Shown: positions 53,975-63,032 of the stretch, piece by piece
Numbering within the stretch: the stretch's first letter is position 1
Layout: each line of letters begins with the position of its first letter
Origin: Armatimonadota bacterium
GTDB taxonomy: Bacteria > Armatimonadota > Fimbriimonadia > Fimbriimonadales > GBS-DC
NCBI GenBank assembly: GCA_037445735.1
Contig: JBBIJY010000010.1
Location: 34,600-98,599 of the forward strand
Length of the DNA stretch: 64,000 bases
Direction: 5' to 3'
The notes under the pieces: generated by a model
Seen by the model: the letters and a program-made list of their open reading frames with translations, nothing else
What the model was told of the DNA's origin: nothing
The model's database searches: none
Position numbers and translations under genes: made by a program

Positions 53975-54751
53975 TTAATTCGACGCTCTCTCCCGCGATT
54001 CCTGCTTTGTTTGACCTGCTGGTTGGTCAGGCGGGGCGATTCGGAGCAGGGCGTCGCGCTCGTCGGGGGTCAGCTCGCGCCATGCGCCAGGCGGAAGGTC
54101 TTCTGTCAGGCGCAGGGGTCCGAAGGCGATGCGTACCAGGCGTTGCACGGGGTGTCCGACGGCGGCGCACATGCGTTTGACCTGGCGCTTGCGTCCCTCG
54201 TGAATGGTGATTTCCAGCAGGCTCTGCTGGCGTCCGCGTTTGAGCAATCGCACCTGTGCAGGCGCGGTTTTGCCCTCTTCCAGCATGACGCCCTCGCGCA
54301 GCCGACGCAACGCCGATTCGTCCGGTGCGCCCTTCACCCACACGCGATAGGTTTTGGGTACCTTGTAGCGCGGGTGCAGGAGGCGGTTCGCCAGCTCGCC
54401 GTCGTTGGTCAGCAGCAGCAAGCCTTCGGCGTCGGCGTCCAGTCGCCCCACAGGGAAGACAGGTGTTTTTAAGCCCCTGAGCAGTTCCATCACTGTGCGG
54501 GGTGCATGGGGGTCTTTGCGCGCGGTGACATAGCCAGCGGGCTTGTGAAGCAGAATGTAGAGCGGGGCGGGCGGAGGCGGCAGCGGCTTGCCATCGATGG
54601 TAATCTGGTCTTTTTCGGGGTCGATCTGCATGCCCAGCGTGGCGCGTTGCCCGTTCACCTGCACGCGCCCCTGCTGGATCAGCTGCTCGCAGGCGCGACG
54701 CGAGCCAGCGCCGCATCGCGCCATCCACTTCTGCAGGCGAATCGCTGTCAT
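53975..54751 (-). CDS. rluB: rRNA pseudouridine synthase (RluB/RsuA family)
   Basis: RLQKWMA..SRR S4 domain, HKPAG, PVGRLD, EGRKRQVKRM. Confidence 0.9.
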   Translation of the reverse strand: MTAIRLQKWMARCGAGSRRACEQLIQQGRVQVNGQRATLGMQIDPEKDQITIDGKPLPPPPAPLYILLHKPAGYVTARKDPHAPRTVMELLRGLKTPVFPVGRLDADAEGLLLLTNDGELANRLLHPRYKVPKTYRVWVKGAPDESALRRLREGVMLEEGKTAPAQVRLLKRGRQQSLLEITIHEGRKRQVKRMCAAVGHPVQRLVRIAFGPLRLTEDLPPGAWRELTPDERDALLRIAPPDQPAGQTKQESRERASN

Positions 54752-54766
54752 TAAATAAAAAAAATC

Positions 54767-55202
54767 TGGCTCCTGGGGCAGGATTCGAACCTGCAACCTG
54801 GTGGTTACGAGATCCCCTGATCTTTCGATCAGGCTCGGACTATCTCTTCACCCGCCCTCATGCGAGGGGTAGGGTGCCGGGCGCTTTCAGGGCTTTATTG
54901 GTGGAGGTCCTCAGCCCTTAGTCTCTGCACGTTCCTGCCTACACGAGCCTCCTTCGGCAGGCTTCGCTCAGGGTTCCCATTCGGGAGGATGGGTCTCCCG
55001 GGCAGGGTTCCCTGAATTCACCCGGTTTTTCAGCCCGTCTTTCGACGGGCAGCTGCATACCGGCATGGATCTCTCCATGACAGTTTCCGACGCTTCCGCA
55101 CCGCCCCTATAAGAGAGGCGTACGGTCAGTGTAAGCGCTCCTGTCTCCCATCGATCCATGCGGCGCTCACAGCCACCCGCTCTACCGTTGAGCTACCCAG
55201 GA
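54767..55202 (-). tRNA. tRNA-Asn(GUU), intron-split (exon 1 55202-55169, exon 2 54807-54767)
   Basis: Joined exons TCCTGGGTAGCTCAACGGTAGAGCGGGTGGCTGT|TAACCACCAGGTTGCAGGTTCGAATCCTGCCCCAGGAGCCA give a 75-nt cloverleaf with encoded CCA. Confidence 0.95.
54808..55168 (-). ncRNA. Group I self-splicing intron (361 nt)
   Basis: Exon ends in U, intron ends in G; P AATTCAGGGAA, Q AACCCTGAGC, R GCAGAGACTA, S AAGAGATAGTCC; P3 CCGGGTG/CGCCCGG; P2 and P9 GAAA tetraloops. Confidence 0.93.
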
Positions 55203-55211
55203 ACCGCCCTT

Positions 55212-55241
55212 AATATACCACATTCCGGGCCCTTTTGTCAA
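55212..55241 (-). promoter_or_regulatory. Sigma70-type promoter of the tRNA-Asn gene
   Basis: TTGACA-N18-TATATT on the minus strand, 9 nt before the tRNA 5' end. Confidence 0.75.
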
Positions 55242-55252
55242 GGGGTGTGGGG

Positions 55253-55369
55253 GATGTTCGGAAAATTCAACCAGAGGAACGGCTGCCCCCTCACCGTGAC
55301 CCTCTCCCCAGCGGGGAGAGAAAAATTAAGCCCCTCCCCCTTTGGGGGAGAGGGTACGGGTGAGGGGGC
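55253..55369. repeat. Second copy of the MITE-like/palindromic repeat unit
   Basis: gatgttcggaaaattcaaccagaggaa..ccccctcacc..gggagagggtacgggtgagggggcttc closely matches 49364-49490. Confidence 0.75.
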
Positions 55370-55399
55370 TTCGTGTGGGCGATTGGTGGGTCCAATTGT

Positions 55400-56791
55400 T
55401 CAGATGGGAGACCGCCACACGCCGATCAGATAGAATGAACCCGTGATTAACACTAAATCATCGGCATCTGCCTGTTGCAGTGCCTGCTCGAACGCTTGCT
55501 GGGGTTGCTCACACACAACGGTTTCCAGCGGATAGCGGTTGCCCGTTTGTTGTTGCCAGTGGCGGGCGCAGGTGAGCAGTTCGTGGGGGTCACAGGCGCG
55601 CTCGCTGGGCGCACAGGTGAAAATCACATACTCCGTCAGCGGCAGCAGATGGCACAGGACGGCACGCGGCTCATGCGGGCGCAACATGCCGAACACCATA
55701 ATCAGCCGCCGATATTTGAACACTTTTGGCAGGGTGCGCGCCAGGGCTTCGGCAGCGTCGGGGTTGTGGGCGCCGTCCAGCACCACCGTGGGGCAGTCGC
55801 CCACCACCTGCATGCGCCCGGGCAGCCACGCGCGCGCGACGCCCTGCTCGATGGCTTCGTCGGGAATGGCGTAGCCCTGCTCGCGCAGACACAGCACCGC
55901 ACCCACCGCACAGGCGACATTATGTCGCTGATAACTGCCAATCAGGCGCGGATGCAGATCGAGGCTCCAGCCGCCGCGCCGAACCCGCAGGGACGAATCG
56001 GTAGGCGAGGGCAGAGGAGCGTAGAACAGGGTTGATTGATCAGACCCCCTCACCCGTACCCTCTCCCCCAAAGGGGGAGAGGGGTTCCTGTCCCGCTCCC
56101 TTAGCGGGTTCTGCTCCGGGTCGGGGGCAACCTGTAGCAGGGGCGCGCCGCGGCGTATGGCAACGGCTTCCACCATCGCTCGCGCGTCGGGATGCAGAAC
56201 CCCGCTCACTGCGGGGCGACCGGGCTTGATGATGCCTGCCTTCTCGTAAGCAATATCGCGATGCGTGGGTCCCAGCCGATCGGTGTGATCCAGCCCGACG
56301 CTGACCAGCACGCCCACAGCGGGCACAACCACATTGGTGGCGTCCAGTCGCCCGCCCAGCCCCACCTCCATCGCCGCGAAATCCACACCGGCCTGCGCAT
56401 ACGCCCAGAACGCCAGCGCGGTCTTCAGCTCGAATTCGGTGACCTGCCCGTACTCGGTGTCGCGCAGTTGCTCAATCAGGGGCTGGCAGCGGCGCACGCC
56501 CTCCATGAGCAGCTCCGGCGCGATTGGCTCGCCGTTAATCTGGATGCGCTCGCGAAAATCGAACACATAGGGCGAGAAGTAAGCTCCCACCCTGTAGCCC
56601 GCTGCCTGCAGAATGGAGGCGACCAGCGCGGTGGTGGAGCCTTTGCCGTTGGTGCCCGTAATATGCACCACGCGCAGCGCGCGATGCGGATTGCCCAGCC
56701 GGTTGAGCAGCGCCTCCATGCGCGCGTTGCCCAGCCGCCAGCCGTAAAGCGTCAGGCTCTGAATGTACGCAATCGCCTGTTCAGGGGTCAT
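55400..56791 (-). CDS. folC: Folylpolyglutamate/dihydrofolate synthase with in-frame repeat insertion
   Basis: HITGTNGKGST, EVGLGGRLDATN, LDHT, EKAGIIK, WLPGR, LDGAHN, ITGSFY. Confidence 0.95.
   Translation of the reverse strand: MTPEQAIAYIQSLTLYGWRLGNARMEALLNRLGNPHRALRVVHITGTNGKGSTTALVASILQAAGYRVGAYFSPYVFDFRERIQINGEPIAPELLMEGVRRCQPLIEQLRDTEYGQVTEFELKTALAFWAYAQAGVDFAAMEVGLGGRLDATNVVVPAVGVLVSVGLDHTDRLGPTHRDIAYEKAGIIKPGRPAVSGVLHPDARAMVEAVAIRRGAPLLQVAPDPEQNPLRERDRNPSPPLGERVRVRGSDQSTLFYAPLPSPTDSSLRVRRGGWSLDLHPRLIGSYQRHNVACAVGAVLCLREQGYAIPDEAIEQGVARAWLPGRMQVVGDCPTVVLDGAHNPDAAEALARTLPKVFKYRRLIMVFGMLRPHEPRAVLCHLLPLTEYVIFTCAPSERACDPHELLTCARHWQQQTGNRYPLETVVCEQPQQAFEQALQQADADDLVLITGSFYLIGVWRSPI
56045..56108. 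repeat. Palindromic repeat inside folC
   Basis: ccccctcacccgtaccctctcccccaaagggggagagggg; encodes NPSPPLGERVRVRG. Confidence 0.8.
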
Positions 56792-56850
56792 TGCCCATAT
56801 TATAGCGCACGGCGACGGTTTGTGTATAATAGGGGTGTGGAGGTACAGCG

Positions 56851-58353
56851 ATGAGTCGGACCGGTCTGGTGTGTCTGGGGGCGTTGTTGATAGGGCTGGG
56901 CGTCTGGGCGCAGCAGCCCGCCACCGGTATAGGGAAGCCCGTTACAGCCATCGAAGTGCGCGGTGTGGAGGTCGGCTCCCGAGCTGCCATCGAAGCCCTT
57001 CTGCAGCCGCTGGTGGGCACACAACCCTCTGCCGAGCAGTTGCAAGCTGCCTTTCGCGCAGTGGCGGACTGGTATCACCAGCGCGGCTATGTGCTGGCGC
57101 AGGTGGCAGGCTACGACCAGGATGCGTCGGGCAGGCTGATTGTTGAAATCGCCGAAGGCAAGATCGAGGAGATTGTGGTGCAGGGCAATCGGCGCACGCA
57201 GACCGGTGTGTTGCGCCGCCTGATCGGCATTAAGCCCGGCGAGGTTTATAATGAGGAGCGGGTTCTGCGCGTGCGTCAGCGGCTGGGACGGTTCCCCTTC
57301 CTGCGCGATGCGCAGCTGGGACCCGAAGCGGGCAGTCAGCTGGGCACGACGCGCCTGCTGCTCAAAGTGGAGGAAGAGCGCTCGCTCGACTTCGCGATTG
57401 CGGCGGGCTACACCAGCGATGAGGGCTTTATCGGCTACGCCGAACTGCAGGAATCGAACTTCGCCGGGCTGGGTCATCGAGTGCGTTTGCAATGGCAGCG
57501 TGAGCAGGTGCGCGATCCGAATACGGGCGAACCCATCCCGCAACGCGCCTCCTACGCCTTCAGCTACGAAGCGCCCCGATTCCTGCCGGGCGCGTTCAAC
57601 TTCGGGGTGGAGATTTATGACCGTGCGCCGTTCTATCCGGTGTTCTATTCGGATTTAAACAATCTGCGTCGGTACGAGCGGCGGCGCGGGTTCACCGCCT
57701 ATATCGGGCTGGACTGGCGCGAGCTGTTCGAACTGCGCGTGCGCTATCGTTCCGACCATGTGGATTATGACGACGCGCCTCCTGGCTGGCTGTCGCCGGT
57801 GGAGCAGAGTGTCAACCGCGGGCGCATCGACGCGCTGGGCTTTCAGGTGCTGTATGACACGCGCGACGGTCGCCCCTTCACCCGCAGCGGGCTATACGCG
57901 ACGGTGCTGGCGGAGCGCACGCTTAACCGCAGCGATTTCCAGTTCTCGCGTGTCGTCGGTGAGGCGAGCTACTATGTGCCGCTGGGGGGTGAGGGGCGCG
58001 TGCTGGTGCTGCGCGGGATAGCCGGTGTGGCGTCCGACCCGCTGCCGCTCAGTGAGAAGTTCTGGCTCGGCGGGTTCGAACTCCTGCGAGGCTATGACCA
58101 GGACGAGTTCCGCGGCGACCAGATGCTGCTGGGCAGCGCGGAGTATCGCTTCCCTGTGATGGAATCGATCCAGGGCGCTGTCTTTGTGGATATGGGCGCC
58201 GCGTGGGATAAGGGTCAGACTCTCCAGCCGCGTGATGTGCGCAGCGGCATCGGCGCCGGGCTGCGGTTCGCCTCGCCGATTGGCGTCATCCGCTTCGATC
58301 TGGCTTACGGCAAGCGCACCTTCGCCTATTTGAGCCTGTCGGCAGGCTATTAG
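56851..58353 (+). CDS. Omp85/BamA-TamA family outer membrane protein
   Basis: POTRA domains, NFAGLG, LRGY, GAGLRFASPIGVIRFDLA. Confidence 0.88.
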   Translation: MSRTGLVCLGALLIGLGVWAQQPATGIGKPVTAIEVRGVEVGSRAAIEALLQPLVGTQPSAEQLQAAFRAVADWYHQRGYVLAQVAGYDQDASGRLIVEIAEGKIEEIVVQGNRRTQTGVLRRLIGIKPGEVYNEERVLRVRQRLGRFPFLRDAQLGPEAGSQLGTTRLLLKVEEERSLDFAIAAGYTSDEGFIGYAELQESNFAGLGHRVRLQWQREQVRDPNTGEPIPQRASYAFSYEAPRFLPGAFNFGVEIYDRAPFYPVFYSDLNNLRRYERRRGFTAYIGLDWRELFELRVRYRSDHVDYDDAPPGWLSPVEQSVNRGRIDALGFQVLYDTRDGRPFTRSGLYATVLAERTLNRSDFQFSRVVGEASYYVPLGGEGRVLVLRGIAGVASDPLPLSEKFWLGGFELLRGYDQDEFRGDQMLLGSAEYRFPVMESIQGAVFVDMGAAWDKGQTLQPRDVRSGIGAGLRFASPIGVIRFDLAYGKRTFAYLSLSAGY

Positions 58354-61328
58354 CCTTTGACCACGCCGATGGGGCGCATGCGGGCGACCTTACGGGCGAT
58401 GCCCGCGTGATGCACCACCTCCACCACATCGGCGACATCTTTGTAGGCGTAGGAGGCTTCCTCGCCGAGTGTGGCGCGGTTTTGCGCCCGCACGATGATG
58501 CCCTGCTCGGCTAACTCGCGGGCGATATCGCGCTTTTTCGCCTCGCGGAGCGCGCCCTTGCGGCTCATCACGCGCCCTGCCCCATGGCAGGTGGTGCCGA
58601 AGCTCATCTCCATCGCGCCCTGCGTGCCCACCAGCACATAGGAGTAGCGCCCCATATCGCCCGGTATCAGCACAGGCTGACCCACCTCGCGATAGGCGGG
58701 CGGCGTCTCCGGATGACCCGGCGGGAAGGCGCGGGTCGCACCCTTCCGATGCACGCACACCCGCACCGGCTTGCCCTCCCAGATGTGGTCTTCAATTTTG
58801 GCGATATTGTGCGCCACATCGTACACCTGATAGATGCCCAGGCTCTCCGGCGTGGAGCCGAACACCTTCGCGAATGCCTGACGCACCCAGTGCGCAATCG
58901 CCTGACGGTTGGCAAAGGCGAAGTTCGCCGCGCAGTGCATCGCCCGCAGGTAGGTCTGACCCTCCTCCGACTTAATCGGGGCGCACGCCAGCTGGCGGTC
59001 GGGCAGGGAAATGCCGTACTTGCGGTGCGCCTGCTCCATAATGTCGAGATGGTCCTGGCAGGTCTGATGCCCGAAGCCGCGCGAGCCGGTGTGAATCATC
59101 ACGGTGATTTGCCCCTTTTGCGTGATGCCGAGCGCTTCAGCGGCTCTGGGATCGTAAATCTCGTCCACCACCTGAATCTCCAGGAAGTGGTTGCCGCCGC
59201 CGAGCGTGCCGAGCTGGTCTTTGCCGCGCTCGATGGCTTTCTCGGTGATCACATCGGGGTCGGGCATATCGAGTCGCCCTGTCGCTTCCGTGTGCTGGAG
59301 GTCGTCTTCCCAGCCATAGCCGTGTTCGACCATCCAGTGGGCGCCCTTAAGCATCACCTGACGCAGCTCCTGACGGTTCACTTTGATCAGTCCTTCGCCG
59401 CCGAAGCCCGCGGGCACATCCCGAAAGATTTGATCCACCAGCTCCTTCAGGCGCGGACGCACTTTCTGCTCGGTCAGATCGGTGCGCAACAGACGCACAC
59501 CACAGTTGGACACCACGAACCCGTTCGCGATGAAGTTATGCCCGGAATGCTGGACGCTGAAGTCATACACAAACGGCTCGCTGTCGTCGATGGCTTCGAT
59601 GCTCTGGATCGAATCCCAGACCAGCCCATCCTCACCGACCAGCATGTCGCGGGCGAACTCGGCGAAAGAGGGGAAATCTTTCGGGATGCGCGGCGCCATG
59701 CGTCGTCCTTCATAAATCGAACGCTCAATGAACCGCCTGTTGACGCCGAGCTGTTCAGCCATTTGCGCAGAGGATAGCCCTTGCTGGCGGAGCAACGAAG
59801 CCTGCTCCGCTGCCCATCCGCGCCGGGTAAGCGACTGTTGCTTAAGGCGCAGATAGACAACCGCCGCATTTGCCAGTCGCTGGCGCTCGCGATGATACTC
59901 GTAGCCAATCTGGCTCCAGAGGCGGATCAGGTTTGTATCGTTGCCCACAATCTGCAATCGGCAGCGGATGGAGCGCTGACCGTTGCGCCCGATGGAGCTC
60001 ACTTCAGGCGTGCTGTCCAGCAGGCGCGACTGAACACCAAATCGCTGGAGCATCTGCTGAATATCCTTGAGGAACGCCCACCCCGATTCGGCAAGCGGTT
60101 CGCGCTTGTTGAGGCACAGCAGAGGCGCCTGGAAAGTCGCGGGATGATGCGGGAGCGTGCTGGGCGCGCCCAGCTCCGCGCCAAACAGGGCGGACAGATA
60201 GAGCCGCTGAATCCATAGCGGCTGGCGCATCAACCATTCGGGCACGCGATACGCCTGATTCGCTTTATTGCCCAGCGGTGAACCCAGACAGGCAAGCAGC
60301 GCCACAAACGCACTGCTGGACACGCTGAAGGAGCTTTCCTGGGCTTCGAACTCATAGGCGCGATAGCAGGTCTGAACCCGATGCTGGCGGGTTCGCGTGC
60401 GGACCGGTGACGGGGTGAACCCGACGCGCTGAATATCGGCGCGGATTCGTTCCAGATCGGCAGGCTTGCCATAGAAGACAGCGACACCTTTACCCCGACC
60501 GCCCACATAGCGCATCGTGCCATCGCCCATCAGGTAGCCCAGAATTTTGACGAGAGGGGGCAGCTGCGGTGAATCGGCTCGCAAAGGCAACAGGTTCAGC
60601 CGCTGGAGCTGGCGCAGAATCTGGCGGCAGGCATTCTCGGATTTCCCCTGCCGCTGGAGATGGGCGCGAACGGTCTGAGCGTCCAGAATAATCTCGTCCG
60701 ACGGCGGCTCATAGCGCACGCCCTCAAACGGATAGAGCGCAACGCGCTCACCAGCCTGCAAATCGTGCAGGCGCTTCATGCCGTTCGGTGTCCAGAAGGG
60801 ATGTTCCGCTGTGGCGATGACTTCGAAGCCGGAAGCCGTGCGCAGTCGATAGACGCGATTGCGCGGGCGAACACGCATCACGGCTCCCACCTGCGCCGCC
60901 GTGCGCGCGCCACGCGAGAGATCAAAGCAGGCGACCGCTCGATTCAACCACTGTTCGCCCAGACCGCCAATCGTATGCCAGCAGCCATGCTCAGTGAGCA
61001 CCCGTGTGTCAGGATGAAGGCAGTTGATATCATAACCTATTCCCCCGGGTGAGATCACGCCTTCTTCGATGTCCATCGCGGCGACGCCGCCCACCGGGAA
61101 GCCGTAGCCCCAGTGGATGTCGGGCATCGCCATCGAGTAGCCCACGATGCCCGGCAGAAACGCCACATTCGCCACCTGCTCGGGCGCCTGATCCTGCCGA
61201 ATCTGTTCTATCAGCTCCTTGCTGGCGAAGATCAGCCCGTCGACCCGCATGCCGGGCTTATAATCCTTCGGGATGCGCCAGCGGTACTCGTCGATCTGAA
61301 TCAGTGGACCCTTCCAGACCTCACTCAT
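58350..61328 (-). CDS. rtcB: RNA ligase RtcB containing an intein
   Basis: MPDIHWGYGFPVGG, GYDIN|..|CGVR, GGGNHFLE, HTGSRG, HNIAK, HRKGAT, HGAGR. Confidence 0.95.
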   Translation of the reverse strand: MSEVWKGPLIQIDEYRWRIPKDYKPGMRVDGLIFASKELIEQIRQDQAPEQVANVAFLPGIVGYSMAMPDIHWGYGFPVGGVAAMDIEEGVISPGGIGYDINCLHPDTRVLTEHGCWHTIGGLGEQWLNRAVACFDLSRGARTAAQVGAVMRVRPRNRVYRLRTASGFEVIATAEHPFWTPNGMKRLHDLQAGERVALYPFEGVRYEPPSDEIILDAQTVRAHLQRQGKSENACRQILRQLQRLNLLPLRADSPQLPPLVKILGYLMGDGTMRYVGGRGKGVAVFYGKPADLERIRADIQRVGFTPSPVRTRTRQHRVQTCYRAYEFEAQESSFSVSSSAFVALLACLGSPLGNKANQAYRVPEWLMRQPLWIQRLYLSALFGAELGAPSTLPHHPATFQAPLLCLNKREPLAESGWAFLKDIQQMLQRFGVQSRLLDSTPEVSSIGRNGQRSIRCRLQIVGNDTNLIRLWSQIGYEYHRERQRLANAAVVYLRLKQQSLTRRGWAAEQASLLRQQGLSSAQMAEQLGVNRRFIERSIYEGRRMAPRIPKDFPSFAEFARDMLVGEDGLVWDSIQSIEAIDDSEPFVYDFSVQHSGHNFIANGFVVSNCGVRLLRTDLTEQKVRPRLKELVDQIFRDVPAGFGGEGLIKVNRQELRQVMLKGAHWMVEHGYGWEDDLQHTEATGRLDMPDPDVITEKAIERGKDQLGTLGGGNHFLEIQVVDEIYDPRAAEALGITQKGQITVMIHTGSRGFGHQTCQDHLDIMEQAHRKYGISLPDRQLACAPIKSEEGQTYLRAMHCAANFAFANRQAIAHWVRQAFAKVFGSTPESLGIYQVYDVAHNIAKIEDHIWEGKPVRVCVHRKGATRAFPPGHPETPPAYREVGQPVLIPGDMGRYSYVLVGTQGAMEMSFGTTCHGAGRVMSRKGALREAKKRDIARELAEQGIIVRAQNRATLGEEASYAYKDVADVVEVVHHAGIARKVARMRPIGVVKG
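59505..61022 (-). mobile_element. Intein (506 aa) with LAGLIDADG-type endonuclease
   Basis: Starts CLHPDTRV, ATAEHPF block B, ILGYLMGDG and YLSALFGAE motifs, ends VYDFSV..HNFIANGFVVSN/C. Confidence 0.93.
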
Positions 61329-61422
61329 GCCGGTGCCACCTCCTGCAGGTGGAGATTATACCCGCTCGCAGGCGTCGCCCGAAACAGGGGAATCGGGGCG
61401 AATGCGCAATTAAATTGATGCG

Positions 61423-62169
61423 ATGCGCCGTCGGGTGGTGGCTGCGCGGGAGGAGCTTTACAGGCAGGTGGCGCAGGCGCTGGTCGATGCCTTGCGTCAG
61501 ACACTGGTGGAGCAGGCGCGGGCGACGCTGGCGCTCTCCGGTGGTCAGACCCCTCAGCCCCTCTATCGGCTGCTCGCAGGCGAAGGCTATCGGCATGCCC
61601 TCGACTGGCAGCGGGTCTGCTTCTGCTGGGTGGATGAGCGCTATGTACCGCCCACGCATCTGTTGAGCAACTTTCGGCTGGTGTATGAGCTGTGGTTGCG
61701 TTCCTATCAGCTGCCTGCATCGTGCCTCTATCCGATGCCAACGCATCTACCTGACCCCGACGATGCGGCGCGCGCCTACGAGCGCTGCCTGCGTGAGCTG
61801 TTCGGCAAGCGCGTGCGGTTCCCTCATTTTGACCTCATTCTGCTGGGCATGGGCGAGGATGGTCATACCGCCTCTCTGTTTATGGGGGATGCGGCGCTGG
61901 AGGAAACGCATCGCTGGGTGGTGCCCGCGTGGGCGCCAGTGGAGCCGCACCAGCGACTGACGCTCACCCTGCCTGTGCTGAACGCGGCGCGGCGCGTGTG
62001 GTTTCTGGTGGCAGGTGAAGCGAAGCGCGACGCCCTGAAGCGCGTGTTTCAGCCCCAGCATGACGAGCCGCCACTGCCAGCCGCTCGCGTCCAGCCCCGC
62101 CGCGGCGAACTCATCTGGTGGATTGAAGACGCCCTGCAGGACGCCCTGCCACCTCATATCCTCCGCTAA
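61423..62169 (+). CDS. pgl: 6-phosphogluconolactonase
   Basis: ALSGGQTP, WVDERYVP, SNF, LLGMGEDGHTASLF, RLTLT. Confidence 0.93.
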   Translation: MRRRVVAAREELYRQVAQALVDALRQTLVEQARATLALSGGQTPQPLYRLLAGEGYRHALDWQRVCFCWVDERYVPPTHLLSNFRLVYELWLRSYQLPASCLYPMPTHLPDPDDAARAYERCLRELFGKRVRFPHFDLILLGMGEDGHTASLFMGDAALEETHRWVVPAWAPVEPHQRLTLTLPVLNAARRVWFLVAGEAKRDALKRVFQPQHDEPPLPAARVQPRRGELIWWIEDALQDALPPHILR

Positions 62170-62255
62170 TCCTCACACCAAAAAAACCGGGGTATACTGT
62201 CTCCGAAGCTGTTTTTATCAGCATCCCGACTCTTCCCGTGAGGGAGGCTGATAGA

Positions 62256-62951
62256 ATGGTGGAATGGATGCCGAACGCGGGCAAGGAGCTGATCTGCATC
62301 GTTGCGGGGCGGCGATGGGCGCGCTATCCCGTGCGAACCCATGTCGTTCAGCCATGTGAAGACCTGCTGACGCTGGTTCAGCAGTACGCGGCGGCTCATC
62401 TGCAAGCAGGCGATATAGTGGCGATTACCGAGAAGGTGGTGGCTATCAGTCAGGGGCGGGCGTTCCCGGTGGAGACGATTCAGCCGCGCCCGCTGGCACG
62501 CTGGCTCAGCCGCTATGTGACGCGAACCCCGCACGGCATCGGAATCGGCAGCCCCGTGACGATGGAGCTGGCGCTGCGCGAGGCAGGCACTGCCCGCATC
62601 CTGCTGGCAGCAACAGTGGCAGCCATAACCCGACCGCTGGGCATTCGCGGACTGTTCTATCGCGTCGCGGGACGCGCCATCGCCGCCATCGACGGACCCA
62701 CCCCCTACACCCTGCCGCCCTACAATCGCTACGCGGTGCTGGCGCCGAAAGACCCCGACCGGGTGGCGCAGAATCTCGCCGACGCCCTGCAGGTGGCGGT
62801 GGCGATTGTCGACGCGAACGATCTGGGCGTGACGGTGCTGGGCGCCAGCAGGGGTGTGGATCGCTCGCTGGTGCGCGCTCTCTTCCACGACAACCCACTC
62901 GGGCAAGGCAGCCAGCAGACCCCACTGTGCATTCTGCGCCCGCTGGATTAG
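62256..62951 (+). CDS. CofE-like (F420:glutamate ligase family) protein
   Basis: PVRTHVV, GDIVAITEKVVAISQGR, IDGP, IVDANDLG, DNPLGQ..QQTP. Confidence 0.75.
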   Translation: MVEWMPNAGKELICIVAGRRWARYPVRTHVVQPCEDLLTLVQQYAAAHLQAGDIVAITEKVVAISQGRAFPVETIQPRPLARWLSRYVTRTPHGIGIGSPVTMELALREAGTARILLAATVAAITRPLGIRGLFYRVAGRAIAAIDGPTPYTLPPYNRYAVLAPKDPDRVAQNLADALQVAVAIVDANDLGVTVLGASRGVDRSLVRALFHDNPLGQGSQQTPLCILRPLD

Positions 62952-63032
62952 CCCAAATCGGGCAAAATAGGACTAAAGTCCCTACCGCCGACCGCCTCTC
63001 AGGGAGTAATATCCACCTGGGAGAGTCTGTTC

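Noticed and set aside
54752-54796. rluB start at 54796
   Set aside because: It would lie inside tRNA exon 2; ATG 54751 fits the family N-terminus.
55080-55130. Hammerhead ribozyme in the L1 insert (CUGA..GAAAC)
   Set aside because: The CUGANGA core is not matched (CUGACCG) and the three-stem junction is not evident.
54968-55159. 63-aa ORF in the intron as a homing endonuclease
   Set aside because: Too short, has no LAGLIDADG/GIY-YIG/HNH/PD-(D/E)xK motif, and runs through the ribozyme core.
58350-61328. RtcB as the ligase for the tRNA-Asn intron
   Set aside because: The intron has group I self-splicing features, which need no protein ligase; no bulge-helix-bulge or splicing endonuclease was seen.
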